Positions 40,201 to 49,949 of a stretch of DNA of 64,000 nucleotides are shown in pieces (position 1 is the first letter of the stretch; every line of letters begins with the position of its first letter). The stretch comes from Halarcobacter sp. (GTDB taxonomy: Bacteria > Campylobacterota > Campylobacteria > Campylobacterales > Arcobacteraceae), in assembly GCA_048571215.1 (NCBI GenBank), contig CP182352.1, positions 3,360,001-3,424,000 on the forward strand, read 5' to 3'. Below the pieces are notes generated by a model that ran no database searches, had not been told where the DNA came from, and saw only the letters and a list, made by a program, of their open reading frames with translations. The position numbers and the translations under genes are program-made.

Positions 40201-43200
40201 ATGAAACTATTAAATCTTCATTATAATCTAATACAAGATTATTAGGATAACCAATTGAAGTATCAAGTGCATAACTATTATTTACTATAGAACCTGTAAT
40301 AGCATTTCCAGCATATGTTTCTATGTAACCATTTTCATTAACTTTTCTTATTACTTTATTTCCATAATCTAGTATAAATATATTACCTTTAGAATCAATA
40401 TCAATGTTTGAAGGACCATTTAATTTTGCATTAACTGCTAACCCTCCATCTCCTGAATAACCTGATTCTCCCGTACCAATAACAGTTGAAATAGTATTTA
40501 AAGTATCTACTTTTCTTATAACATTATTTATAGCATCAACTAAATATAAATTACCTTCACTATCAAGTTTTATGTCTCTTATAAAACCTATTTTAGCCTC
40601 TGTTGCTGAACCTCCATCCCCTGAATAACCTGATTCTCCTGTACCTACAATTGTTGAAATTATACCATCAGAATCTACTTTTCTAATAACATAATTATTT
40701 GAATCAATAAAATACAAACTGCCATCATTATCAATTTCAACTACACTGGGATGACTAATTTCTGCATTAATTGCTAGACCATTATCACCGGAATACCCAT
40801 ATGTACCAGTTCCTACAATTGTTCTTACTATACCATTCTCATCTATTTTTTTTATCTTATTAGCATACCTATCGACAATAAAAATTTCACCTTTTTCATT
40901 TACCTTTATATCCGAAATATCACTAAATGATGCATTTAATGCCAATCCCCCATCACCACTATCTTGACTTATACCATTTCCTGCAATATGACTAATCTCT
41001 CCTAAAGGATCAATCTTCAATATTTTACTATTATTATAATCTTGAGAAGCAACATAAGTATTTCCTCCAGATAAACTCACCAATGATGATTTCCAACTTC
41101 TATTATAACCAGAAACATTATTACTAAAAGCTTCAAAGTCGTATTCTATTTCCTCAATTTTTTGATTAAAAATTAAACTTTTATTATTTTCAGTTCCATC
41201 TCCTTTTTGAAGAGAGAAATGAAATATTTTATCATAATTTGATAATGTCCATCCATTTGAAATTGCATTTTCTTTATTAGCTTTATATTGACTATCTATT
41301 ATAAAAAACTTAAATGACTTTAGAATAAATTCTTTTCTTGAGAGAATCCCTGTTACCTCATTTCCAAACTTTGCCCATGCATTAATTGTCCCTTGTCTAC
41401 TAAGTCCTTTTTGATAAACTGCTTTATATAAATACTTTACTATTAACTTAGCTTTAACTTTTCCCGGAACATAATTACCTAGTTTATCTTTTCCATCCCA
41501 TGTAAATGTTGCATTTGTAGAAAACTCATCTAAAGTAAAACTTTTTTCCTGTCTTTTTCCAAATATGTCTAATATTAATATAATCTTTTTTACACTACTT
41601 GGAGGTTGAAGTTGATCTTTTAAATCAATAATATACTTATAACCTTTAGTTCTTTTTGAAGAATAATGTAAAGTCAGGTTTGTACCTGAAATTGGGATAT
41701 CATCATGAAAAGCTCCCGTTGTGGTTTCAACAAAAGAACTTATGTTAACACTTGCACAAGTTTCACTACATTTACCAAAAGTTTTTTTACAGTTTTCATT
41801 AAGTTTATTTTTATCTTTATCTGTAGTTATATCGTTAATTTTAGGTCTTTCAACATTTTTATCAGGTACCCAAGGATAATTAGGATCCCAAGGAGTAAAG
41901 TGATTGATTTCCATTCTAGAATATGTTTTACCTACTTGGTAAACTATATTATCTTCTAATCCAATAACTTCACTTGTAAAAGTTCCATCATTATCTAAAT
42001 CATTTGGTTGTCCATCACCTGTTGAGTCTAAAGCATCTACAGTTCCATCATTATTTGTATCAAGTAGTTGTACAACAACACCATTTTTTGAACCTTTCCA
42101 TACACTTTCATTTCTATCATAATATCCTACAGGAACTACTACTCCAACATCAAACCCTAAAAAATTATCTACATACATGATAACAGGAGAGTTAAACTCA
42201 ACTGTTTCATCATCACTTACTCCATCTACTGTAAGATCAGAGCAATATGTATATGCTGATTCTTTTGGTAAATTTGCAGGCATTGACTCTGGCGTTTTAA
42301 ACTCTGTTGCTCTTACATCTATAGTGTCTAAAATTCTTGTTGAACCATCAGGAGATTTAACTGTTGCACTTGAAACTCCGTTAAATACTAAAGTAGTTGA
42401 CCTTGAACCTCTATCGTCACTAATAATTGATGAAGTGTGAACTTGCGGAGTTGAATCATTTAAATCTATTGTTGTAACTTTATCATCTATTCTTAACATT
42501 GTTACATCATCAACAATGTTCCAATTTGAAGCCTCTGCAAAAAGCTTTCTATCTATTGTGGTATATCCATTTTTTGTATATCTTACAATAATTGTTTTAT
42601 TTCCTTCTACTGGTAATACATAACTTCCATTTAGGTCTGTTTGAACAGTTCCAAGCTCTTCATTATAAACAATACTAATGGTTACATTAGATAAAGGATT
42701 TCCACTTTCATCATAAATATTTCCAGTAATCATAGAAAAAAGATTTTCACTATAAAATTCTTTTGTTGCATTAACTGGAATTTGATCTATATACTTTGTA
42801 CCAAAATGTGTAAAATTAAAATTTGTTGTTGCAGGTTTATCCACTACTTTTACTGGGATTAAAGCTGAAGTTATATCTCCTGATATTATCTTTAAAGTTG
42901 TTTCTCCTATTTGTAAACCAGTAAAAGTATCTACACCATCAAAAGAAACAATACTAGTATCTGCTATTTCATAAGTAAAATTTCCATTAATAGGTTTTAT
43001 AGAACCATCACTATATATTCCTTGTATGGATATTTGCTTATCATTATTTACTCTTAAAGTTATTGGATTTGGAGTTATTTTTATTGAATCTAAAACTAAA
43101 GGTTTTTTAACTTTTATAGTTACATCATTTGATTGAATTGTATCAATAGTTGCTTTTAAAGTTGTAATTCCTTCTTTTAATGATGTAATTGTTCCTGCAT

Positions 43201-44239
43201 TATCAACTGAAGCTATGGTATTATCTGCAATAGTCCAAGTAACATTTGAAGATAAATCTAATGAAGTCTCGTCACTGTAATATCCAGTAGCAACTATATT
43301 TTCTGTTTCTCCGATAGTTAAGCTTAGTTCATTTGGAGTTAGTTCTATGGAGTTTAATACAGCTTGAACTGTTATTGAAACCTCTTTTGTACTTGTTTGT
43401 CCATCATTGTCTGTTACAGTTAATGTAATAGTATATTCCCCTTGGGTATTAAATACATATGAGAATGTTTTTTCAGATGCTAATATATTAGAATTTTGAT
43501 CAGTCCAAAGATAGCTTACTATCTCCCCATCTTCATCCCTTGATAAGCTTGCATCAAAGCTAATTGATTCTCCAATTAAAATAGTAGTTGCACTTACTTG
43601 AAAATCTGCAATAGGTTTTATATAATCTATAACTTCAATATCAACAGTTGAAGATGAACTTAATCCATCATCATCTGTTACAGTTAATGTAATAGTATGT
43701 ATTCCAATACTTGTAAAAGTATAATCAAATATTTGATTACTGCTTAATATATCTCCATTATTATCTGTCCAACTATATGAGACAATATTACCATCACTAT
43801 CTGACGATGAAGAAGCATCAAAGGTTATTGAATCATTTATTTTTATCTTTGTATTATTTGTTTGTATTATTGCTTGAGGTGGTGTGTCGTTTGAAGTTTG
43901 GGGTTTTACTAAAATTTCAATTGTATCACTAGATTTTAAAGGAGAAATATAACCTCCTTTTTCTGTAGTTGTTAATTCAAAAATAAGTTTGGTGTCTTTT
44001 TTCACTACAGGAGCTATAAAACTTGCATTTATTGTGTTTTTATTTAAAAGTTTTACTTTTTTACCAAAAACTTGTTTCCATTTATATTTTTCTATTTTCC
44101 CACCAACTTCAGTGGTACTCAAACTTCCATTTAACACTACAGGTGAAGAAGATTCAACCACTTTATCTTTACCTGCATCTGCACATCCTGTAAAAAGTAT
44201 TGCAAATAAAAGCATCAAACTAAAATACAAAGATTTCAT
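37202..44239 (-). CDS. Teneurin-like RHS/YD-repeat lipoprotein toxin (PKD, Ig-like, NHL, YD shell, C-terminal toxin)
   Basis: Lipobox LFTGC; PKD DASxSxDxDGxIVSY repeats; GYSGDGG NHL repeats; YD repeats; PFGFAGGLYD...PINGIDPEGL; His-rich tip GEWRPHLPDKYHPKGHWD. Confidence 0.9.
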   Translation of the reverse strand: MKSLYFSLMLLFAILFTGCADAGKDKVVESSSPVVLNGSLSTTEVGGKIEKYKWKQVFGKKVKLLNKNTINASFIAPVVKKDTKLIFELTTTEKGGYISPLKSSDTIEILVKPQTSNDTPPQAIIQTNNTKIKINDSITFDASSSSDSDGNIVSYSWTDNNGDILSSNQIFDYTFTSIGIHTITLTVTDDDGLSSSSTVDIEVIDYIKPIADFQVSATTILIGESISFDASLSRDEDGEIVSYLWTDQNSNILASEKTFSYVFNTQGEYTITLTVTDNDGQTSTKEVSITVQAVLNSIELTPNELSLTIGETENIVATGYYSDETSLDLSSNVTWTIADNTIASVDNAGTITSLKEGITTLKATIDTIQSNDVTIKVKKPLVLDSIKITPNPITLRVNNDKQISIQGIYSDGSIKPINGNFTYEIADTSIVSFDGVDTFTGLQIGETTLKIISGDITSALIPVKVVDKPATTNFNFTHFGTKYIDQIPVNATKEFYSENLFSMITGNIYDESGNPLSNVTISIVYNEELGTVQTDLNGSYVLPVEGNKTIIVRYTKNGYTTIDRKLFAEASNWNIVDDVTMLRIDDKVTTIDLNDSTPQVHTSSIISDDRGSRSTTLVFNGVSSATVKSPDGSTRILDTIDVRATEFKTPESMPANLPKESAYTYCSDLTVDGVSDDETVEFNSPVIMYVDNFLGFDVGVVVPVGYYDRNESVWKGSKNGVVVQLLDTNNDGTVDALDSTGDGQPNDLDNDGTFTSEVIGLEDNIVYQVGKTYSRMEINHFTPWDPNYPWVPDKNVERPKINDITTDKDKNKLNENCKKTFGKCSETCASVNISSFVETTTGAFHDDIPISGTNLTLHYSSKRTKGYKYIIDLKDQLQPPSSVKKIILILDIFGKRQEKSFTLDEFSTNATFTWDGKDKLGNYVPGKVKAKLIVKYLYKAVYQKGLSRQGTINAWAKFGNEVTGILSRKEFILKSFKFFIIDSQYKANKENAISNGWTLSNYDKIFHFSLQKGDGTENNKSLIFNQKIEEIEYDFEAFSNNVSGYNRSWKSSLVSLSGGNTYVASQDYNNSKILKIDPLGEISHIAGNGISQDSGDGGLALNASFSDISDIKVNEKGEIFIVDRYANKIKKIDENGIVRTIVGTGTYGYSGDNGLAINAEISHPSVVEIDNDGSLYFIDSNNYVIRKVDSDGIISTIVGTGESGYSGDGGSATEAKIGFIRDIKLDSEGNLYLVDAINNVIRKVDTLNTISTVIGTGESGYSGDGGLAVNAKLNGPSNIDIDSKGNIFILDYGNKVIRKVNENGYIETYAGNAITGSIVNNSYALDTSIGYPNNLVLDYNEDLIVSSNDKLYRIYTSNFFTDNEIEDGIININSNNTAELFNLAGNHIETIDLFSKKVLKSFTHDENKRLISVKNQFDNEILIGRNENGIPTIITAPNGQKTYLNVDSNGNLLSVTYEDNTSHQFEYNNDSLLTKHTEPSGASSFNLYDDNGRIIKEIDVNNEEWFLQKNISDAFIEYALGKPEGDIKFYREIKLENDSLKQETVFPNGDSNSITVSSDNRLVNAIKNNINIQSKYKTDPETKKRVLDSVTTILPSSLSKVTSNSAVYETNENGLTTSKTQTITTNGKATTIKNDYENGINTITTPEGRIAKEEYDINTRLTTSSTSGTLTPTTYTYDNKGRVISQTTGTRTTSFTYNSRGNIDTITDERGKTTSYQYDILDRVTRVTHPNGAIEEYSYDVSGNMTRLITPISTNHDFTYDNIGQRTSMKSALNKQTLYEYNGNRKLTQITRPSGKTIVNNYVNDRLDSTTTPEATINYEYIFNNQIGTITKGSEKIEYGYDGNLLSLLTYNGVLNEGLSYTYNDDFLPISFTYAGITENYTYDNDGLVLTSGDYTLTRDAENAYVTKITDGNFVQNLSYDNYGELTKVADNSFSYEIISKDNSALILQKQETVNNTTKTYDYTYDDNARLIEVKKDGNIVETYSYDNNENRTSATVNGVTTSGYYTLDDQVEVYGDNTYTYDEDGYLSSKVTPNGTTTYSYSTLGELKEVKTPSKTITYKHNANNQRVAKLVNGVVVEKYLWADLTTLLAIYDGNDNLVQRFEYANSRMPISMTQGSNKYYLHYDQVGSLRAVSDSNHDIIKEIIYDSFGNILEDSNPDFKVPFGFAGGLYDSDTGLTRFGYRDYDSYTGKWTAKDPIDFSGGDTNLYGYVLGDPINGIDPEGLNAFVITRPMIIPRPITIPKMPINPIIQIGDIESGEGIDLSDTSTWPKPPVNGECKEGNPSKNKPKNRGEKSLYDDTNGEWRPHLPDKYHPKGHWDNKPGGNNGKSKWENIYLNNLNMGWI

Positions 44240-44462
44240 GAGTATCCTTAGATAATAAATATAGAGTTTTATTATTACTATATAATCTTTTATATTTCCT
44301 TAAATTCATTATAAAATTAATATTTAACACTAATTTTGAAAATTAATTTGTAGTGGGAATAGATTTTCTTGTCTAATGGGTTTTAAAAATGTAACTAATA
44401 GTTTAATTAAAAATTAAGAAATAATTAATAATAATATTATAAATTTAAAAAAGGAGAATAGT

Positions 44463-44684
44463 ATGCCAAAAGAGACAAAAGAAGTAAGTGAAACAATTGT
44501 AATTAACAATGGAAATGAAGAGGTTTTTGAGTTTTTAGGCAATGTGATTCAAGAAGCACAAGCAACAGGTAGTATTGTACAAATTATTACGATATATCCT
44601 TCAGTTGATAATTTAGATGATTCTGGTGATGTAATAAAAGGTTGTAAACCAAAAGCTGACCATTGCCCTAAAGGTGCTTATTGA
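44463..44684 (+). CDS. Putative RiPP precursor peptide (73 aa)
   Basis: AAGGAG RBS; acidic leader-like region, C-terminal GCKPKADHCPKGAY; 6 bp upstream of a rSAM gene. Confidence 0.6.
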   Translation: MPKETKEVSETIVINNGNEEVFEFLGNVIQEAQATGSIVQIITIYPSVDNLDDSGDVIKGCKPKADHCPKGAY

Positions 44685-44690
44685 TATATA

Positions 44691-45920
44691 ATGAGAATAA
44701 AAAATCATATAAAAGTTCTTAAGGGTAAGAATCGTTTTGCAGTTTATAATCTAAAAAATGGAACCTGCGAACCTGCAACTAAAATAGAGATTGAATTGCT
44801 TAGATTAATCTCTATAAGGAAAACCCTTACCCCTAAGAAAGCTAATATCAAAAATTTATGGTTTCACTTATCTTCTATGAGAAAAAAAGGTTGGTTAGAA
44901 GCTGGAAAAGCTCAAGTTTATCTTCTTGATTTAGAGATTAAAAAAATAGATAATTCCAATAATAAAACTTTTGAAAGAGTTTGGATTGAACCCACTTTAT
45001 CTTGTAACTTCTCTTGTAATCACTGTTATGCAATGTCCAATAATAAAGTAAATCGTGATAATGAATTAGATGAAAATCAATGGATAAACATCTTACAAAA
45101 AGTTTTAGTTTATGATATAAAGTATATTACCTTTATTGGTGGAGAACCAATGATTAGAAAAGATTTAATAAAATCTTTAGTGATATATATAAAAGAAAAT
45201 TCTCCTAATATTAAAGTTGGCATTTTTTCTAATTTATACAACATAATAGATGCTGATATTCAATTTATAATTGAGCATAATTTAGGTGTATCTACTTCTT
45301 TATATGGAATAGAAGCTAATGAACATGATAAAATGACTAACAAAGTTGGTTCCTGGGTTCGAACAGTAGAAGTGATTAAAAAACTGACAAAAAATAATAT
45401 AAATGTATTTGTTGGTTACTTTAAAAACAATAAAGAAATCACAAACTTAACTATCAAGTCATTTCTCAACAGTTTAGGAGTTACATCTTTTGATATCCAA
45501 AATCATCATAATGTAGGAAGAGCTATACAAAAAGCGCCTATAAAAGTTTCAAAAGACAATATATTGCCTTTAAAAATGTCATTTAATCCTAACACTATTT
45601 CAAAGTATAGTAGTGAACATAATTGTTTTTCTAATCATATATCAATATCTTCAAATGGAGATGTAATGGGTTGTATTATGATGAGAAAGCCTGAATATGG
45701 AAACTTACTTAGTGATTCACTTGACAAAATATTAAGTAGTAAAAATTATATTCAACTTTCAAAATTAACAAAAGATAAAATAGAAGGTTGCTCTGAATGC
45801 GAATTTAGATATGGATGTTTTGACTGTAGAGCAGGTGCAATGAGTGACTCTAATAATCTTTTTAAAAAACCAGATTGTGGCTATGATCCAAGATTAGTAT
45901 TAAGTTTTGAAAATGACTAA
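44691..45920 (+). CDS. Radical SAM/SPASM peptide maturase
   Basis: CNFSCNHC, GGEP, SPASM cysteines incl. CSECEFRYGCFDCR. Confidence 0.9.
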   Translation: MRIKNHIKVLKGKNRFAVYNLKNGTCEPATKIEIELLRLISIRKTLTPKKANIKNLWFHLSSMRKKGWLEAGKAQVYLLDLEIKKIDNSNNKTFERVWIEPTLSCNFSCNHCYAMSNNKVNRDNELDENQWINILQKVLVYDIKYITFIGGEPMIRKDLIKSLVIYIKENSPNIKVGIFSNLYNIIDADIQFIIEHNLGVSTSLYGIEANEHDKMTNKVGSWVRTVEVIKKLTKNNINVFVGYFKNNKEITNLTIKSFLNSLGVTSFDIQNHHNVGRAIQKAPIKVSKDNILPLKMSFNPNTISKYSSEHNCFSNHISISSNGDVMGCIMMRKPEYGNLLSDSLDKILSSKNYIQLSKLTKDKIEGCSECEFRYGCFDCRAGAMSDSNNLFKKPDCGYDPRLVLSFEND

Positions 45921-46584
45921 TGAAACTTTTTTAAATATAATGTTTGAAGTTGAAACAAAAGGTTTCTGTGATTTAGGGGTTATTAAAAATTTTGATTTAT
46001 TAAAATTTGCATATAAAATTGGCAAACCAATTCCAATCTTACCAGATGAACCTAAATTAGGTTTAGTAGGTGCAAGAAGTCTTTCATCAAATCTTTCTAG
46101 TAATGAATACGCAACAATTTATAAAGAAAATATACCTTTTCATACTGATGCAGCCTATTATAAAATTCCCCCAAAGTATTTAATACTTAGATTAAAGAAA
46201 ACATCTTTGTCTAATCGCAATACGACTGTAAAAAAATTGTTTACAAATCTCTCTCAAGAGATAGTTGATATTTTAAGCAAATCTCTTTGGAAAGTTAGAA
46301 GTCCAAATGGTAGATATTTTATAGGAAAAATTATTGAAAGAAGAAATAATGATTTTTTTATTAGATATGATTCAAATTCAATGGTACCTTATTTCAAAAA
46401 AAATCAATATTCAAGGGAAGTATTAGAAGGAGTATTAGATAAGATACAAACTTTTGAGATAACTTGGGAGCCTGAAAAAATTGTTATATTAAATAATTGG
46501 AAAGTACTTCATGGTAACAGCAAAGTTATAAATGATATTGACTCTTCGAATAGAATTTTAGAAAGAGTTTTGGTTGAAGTTTGA
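45907..46584 (+). CDS. TauD-like Fe(II)/2-oxoglutarate dioxygenase
   Basis: FHTD (HxD), NWKVLHG, terminal RILER. Confidence 0.75.
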   Translation: MKMTNETFLNIMFEVETKGFCDLGVIKNFDLLKFAYKIGKPIPILPDEPKLGLVGARSLSSNLSSNEYATIYKENIPFHTDAAYYKIPPKYLILRLKKTSLSNRNTTVKKLFTNLSQEIVDILSKSLWKVRSPNGRYFIGKIIERRNNDFFIRYDSNSMVPYFKKNQYSREVLEGVLDKIQTFEITWEPEKIVILNNWKVLHGNSKVINDIDSSNRILERVLVEV

Positions 46585-46805
46585 AATTTCTAATTATAAA
46601 TATAAAGTTAAATTTTTAAAAGTTCTTTTTTTTTATTATATTACTAATTAAATAATATTTAGACTGTTATAATTTTAGAATATAAGATATAAAATCTAAT
46701 CATTCTAAACACTATTTGTTAAATATAATGCATTATCTTTAAAAATAAATGACAAATATTCTCATCTTTAAACCAAAGTATAAACAATTGATAATACTAA
46801 ATTAT

Positions 46806-49673
46806 TTATACTTTTTTGATATAAGAAATTAATATATCACGTACTTTAGGGTCTACATGGTTATTTTCAATCAAGTTTTTTATACTACGGTGATATTGTT
46901 TATCAATTTCATAGTATTTTTTGATGCGTAGTGGGTCTTGAATTAAAAAAGTATTGGATATCAAAAAATCTAGAATATTATGTTTTTTATTTAGGAATTT
47001 AGGTGTTATAGTAATATTTTCCATAAGTTTCGCTTCAAAAGCTACACCATTAAAAAAGTTTCTACAAAATTTTTGAAAGTCTTCTTCAAAGGCTTTTAGT
47101 TTATCTTGGAAACTTGATTCTTGATTATCTATATAATGTTGAATTGTATCAAGCGTACAGCTATCTAAATCAAAGTTTTCTTTGCTAATACTACAATTTT
47201 GAATTTCAATGTCTACAAATAAGCTGTGATAAAAAATTGTGTTTTCAAACTTACATTTACTAAAAGAATTATATTCATGGAATTCAGAACTCCAAATTTG
47301 GATATTAGAAAAGTCTAGCGGATAAAACTCACCCCAAATGTAGAAGTGTTTTATTTCACTGTTAGAATATAAACTTTTTACAATTTCTATTCTTTTATCT
47401 TTTGACAAATTTGTACCATGTATTTTTTGCGTGAAGTAAAGTAAAGTACTAATTGTATGTTTCAACTTTAAAAGATTTTTATCTTCTTTATTAATTTCTA
47501 GAATAATTAAATTAATAACTCTTTTCGTATTTTTAATACACAAAGGAATATTTTTGGAAAAGTACTTTATACACTCATTTAAAACTATATGACTACCATC
47601 ATAGTATTTAGATAAGTCATTGATTATTTGCTTATCAAGTAGTTTAATCTCATCACTCGAAAAATAATCAATAATTGCTAATGTCTTGAAATAGTTACCT
47701 AAAAAATCATATTTAAAATATAAGACCTCTAATGAATTGTTGACTTTTACTAAAGGATTCAATAAAATCTTTTTATAAATTTCATTTGTATCATTCCCAT
47801 CAAAGGATATTTCAATTAAATCTTTTAAATTATCAAATGAAAGTTTATCTCCATATGACATTACTAGTTCTTTAAAGAATGCAACAAATTTAGTTACTGG
47901 TATATTAAATTGTTGTCTTTTTATTTCTCTTTTTAATATAGCATGTATTAAATAATCTATGGGTTCACAGTTACTTGGGTAGTCACTATTGATTGAATCA
48001 ATAATAAATGAATTTTTTTCAACTTTTATTTCTTCTTCAACTATTTCAGATATTAAATCGAGAAAGAAAGGAAGTAAAACTTTTTCACTATTATCAGATA
48101 TCGTTAGCAAAGATGTTATGTATTTATTTATTTTTTTTAAGTAAACATCTGTATTTGGGTATTTAGAAAATCTTTTTTCAATATACTTATTCCAAATATC
48201 TTCTTCAAATCCTTTGAGATAAAAGATTTCTGTTTCATCGTTTTCTTTTAAATAGGCATAGTTTTCTAAAATATTAAGTCTAGAAGTAATCATAATTTTT
48301 GTTTTCCCCAATTGCATATTTAATTCATAAAGGGAGTTTAAAAATTCTTTTACATTAAAGTTCTCGTGAAATAATGTAATGATTTCATCAAGTCCATCAA
48401 TTATGACTATGATTTTGCCAGAAATGATTCCTAATTCGAATTGTTTTTGCGTTAATAGAGACTTATTTGTAATTAAAATTTTTTCATAAATGTCATAAAG
48501 TTCATATAGATTTTTAATTTCAAAGTTTCTAATCGCATCCTTCTTGATATGATTTCTTATGATATCTGATTGTATTAATAATGCTTTTTTCTCATTATAA
48601 TCATTTATTTCATTTGTTAATACCTGTGATAATGTACTTTTCCCCATCCCACCTGCTGCAAATAGCATTAAAGTAGAATGTATTGTATTATCAGATAAGA
48701 ATTTATCTTTAATAAGAGGTAAGGATAATTCTAAGGTTCTTTTATCCCCCATTTCATCTTCTTGGTACACTCTTTGATCTATAAAGAACTCTTCTTCTAT
48801 AATTTTATTTTCATTTTTCCAATCTTGGTCAATACACTCATCCCAAATAAATTGTTCAATTGTAAATTCTGCAATATTAATATTTATGTCATGAGCTTGA
48901 AATATTTTATAGATATAATCTTTTTCACCTTGACTAGTTCTAAGGATTACAAGGTTTTTTGTAATTCTGTGTTTATTAATTCGTATAAATCTTTCAATTG
49001 TATCTCGTATAGTAATATTGTTGAATAACACTAGGATAAATGAATTTGAATTAAAGCTGGTGGTTTTCCAATACTCATATTTGATTCTATTTTTATCTTT
49101 AAAGTCTGTTACTCCATCAAGTTTTTCTCTTTTTTTAGCAATTATTGCCAAAATATCTTCTACTCTATCAAATTGAAAATAATTAACAGGTGTATTTTTT
49201 AATGATTTAGTTTTTGGAGGTCTTGATGAAGTTTGATTCATAGTATTTTTTATTTGTTTGATTAGGTAACTAAGGCTCTTGTTATATTTATCATCATTTT
49301 GAAAAGAAATAGATATTTTACCTTTTAAGTAATTTGGAGTGGAAATATACCTGTCTTCTCGCATAATTGCAAAGATATTACTTGTTTGTTTATTTTCCAT
49401 CTCTTCCCAGTGTCTGATAGTATTCATAAATGTTTCTATTCCAACTCCACCTAGTCGGTTATTCGCTTTATATGCATATTCTTTTGTACAAACTACTAAT
49501 ATTAAATCGCTTTCAAATATACCTTTTTCCATGAAATGATTTTTATCAATATTATGATTTAAATCGTATTGATCTAGTATGATGTGAAATTCACTATATG
49601 CTTCTAAATCATCTGCTAATTTTTTTACCCACTCTTGATTTTCCCAATTGTAACTTATAAAAATTTTATACAT
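46806..49673 (-). CDS. TIR/SEFIR-NACHT (STAND) protein, bacterial NLR-like
   Basis: KIFISYNW...WVKKLADDL...DQYDL...GGVGIE; GGMGKST; IIDGLDE; ITSR; pentapeptide-like C-terminus. Confidence 0.8.
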   Translation of the reverse strand: MYKIFISYNWENQEWVKKLADDLEAYSEFHIILDQYDLNHNIDKNHFMEKGIFESDLILVVCTKEYAYKANNRLGGVGIETFMNTIRHWEEMENKQTSNIFAIMREDRYISTPNYLKGKISISFQNDDKYNKSLSYLIKQIKNTMNQTSSRPPKTKSLKNTPVNYFQFDRVEDILAIIAKKREKLDGVTDFKDKNRIKYEYWKTTSFNSNSFILVLFNNITIRDTIERFIRINKHRITKNLVILRTSQGEKDYIYKIFQAHDININIAEFTIEQFIWDECIDQDWKNENKIIEEEFFIDQRVYQEDEMGDKRTLELSLPLIKDKFLSDNTIHSTLMLFAAGGMGKSTLSQVLTNEINDYNEKKALLIQSDIIRNHIKKDAIRNFEIKNLYELYDIYEKILITNKSLLTQKQFELGIISGKIIVIIDGLDEIITLFHENFNVKEFLNSLYELNMQLGKTKIMITSRLNILENYAYLKENDETEIFYLKGFEEDIWNKYIEKRFSKYPNTDVYLKKINKYITSLLTISDNSEKVLLPFFLDLISEIVEEEIKVEKNSFIIDSINSDYPSNCEPIDYLIHAILKREIKRQQFNIPVTKFVAFFKELVMSYGDKLSFDNLKDLIEISFDGNDTNEIYKKILLNPLVKVNNSLEVLYFKYDFLGNYFKTLAIIDYFSSDEIKLLDKQIINDLSKYYDGSHIVLNECIKYFSKNIPLCIKNTKRVINLIILEINKEDKNLLKLKHTISTLLYFTQKIHGTNLSKDKRIEIVKSLYSNSEIKHFYIWGEFYPLDFSNIQIWSSEFHEYNSFSKCKFENTIFYHSLFVDIEIQNCSISKENFDLDSCTLDTIQHYIDNQESSFQDKLKAFEEDFQKFCRNFFNGVAFEAKLMENITITPKFLNKKHNILDFLISNTFLIQDPLRIKKYYEIDKQYHRSIKNLIENNHVDPKVRDILISYIKKV

Positions 49674-49949
49674 AATTACCCTAAATTATTTTTATTATAT
49701 ATTACAGTAAAAAAATATATAAAAAATTAAATCTATAACTATAAGTATTACAAAAAATTATTATTGAGTGATTTAGATACTATTTTATATAATATAAATT
49801 GTTTTTATTATAGCTTTAGATTTATTTTTATAAACTAGGAAATAACTGTTTTATTTAGCGTTATTATATTTTTGTATGAAAAGTATTTTAAGAGAAATAA
49901 AGTTATTTTAAAATATCATATATAATTAAATTAAATATAAAGGCATCAT

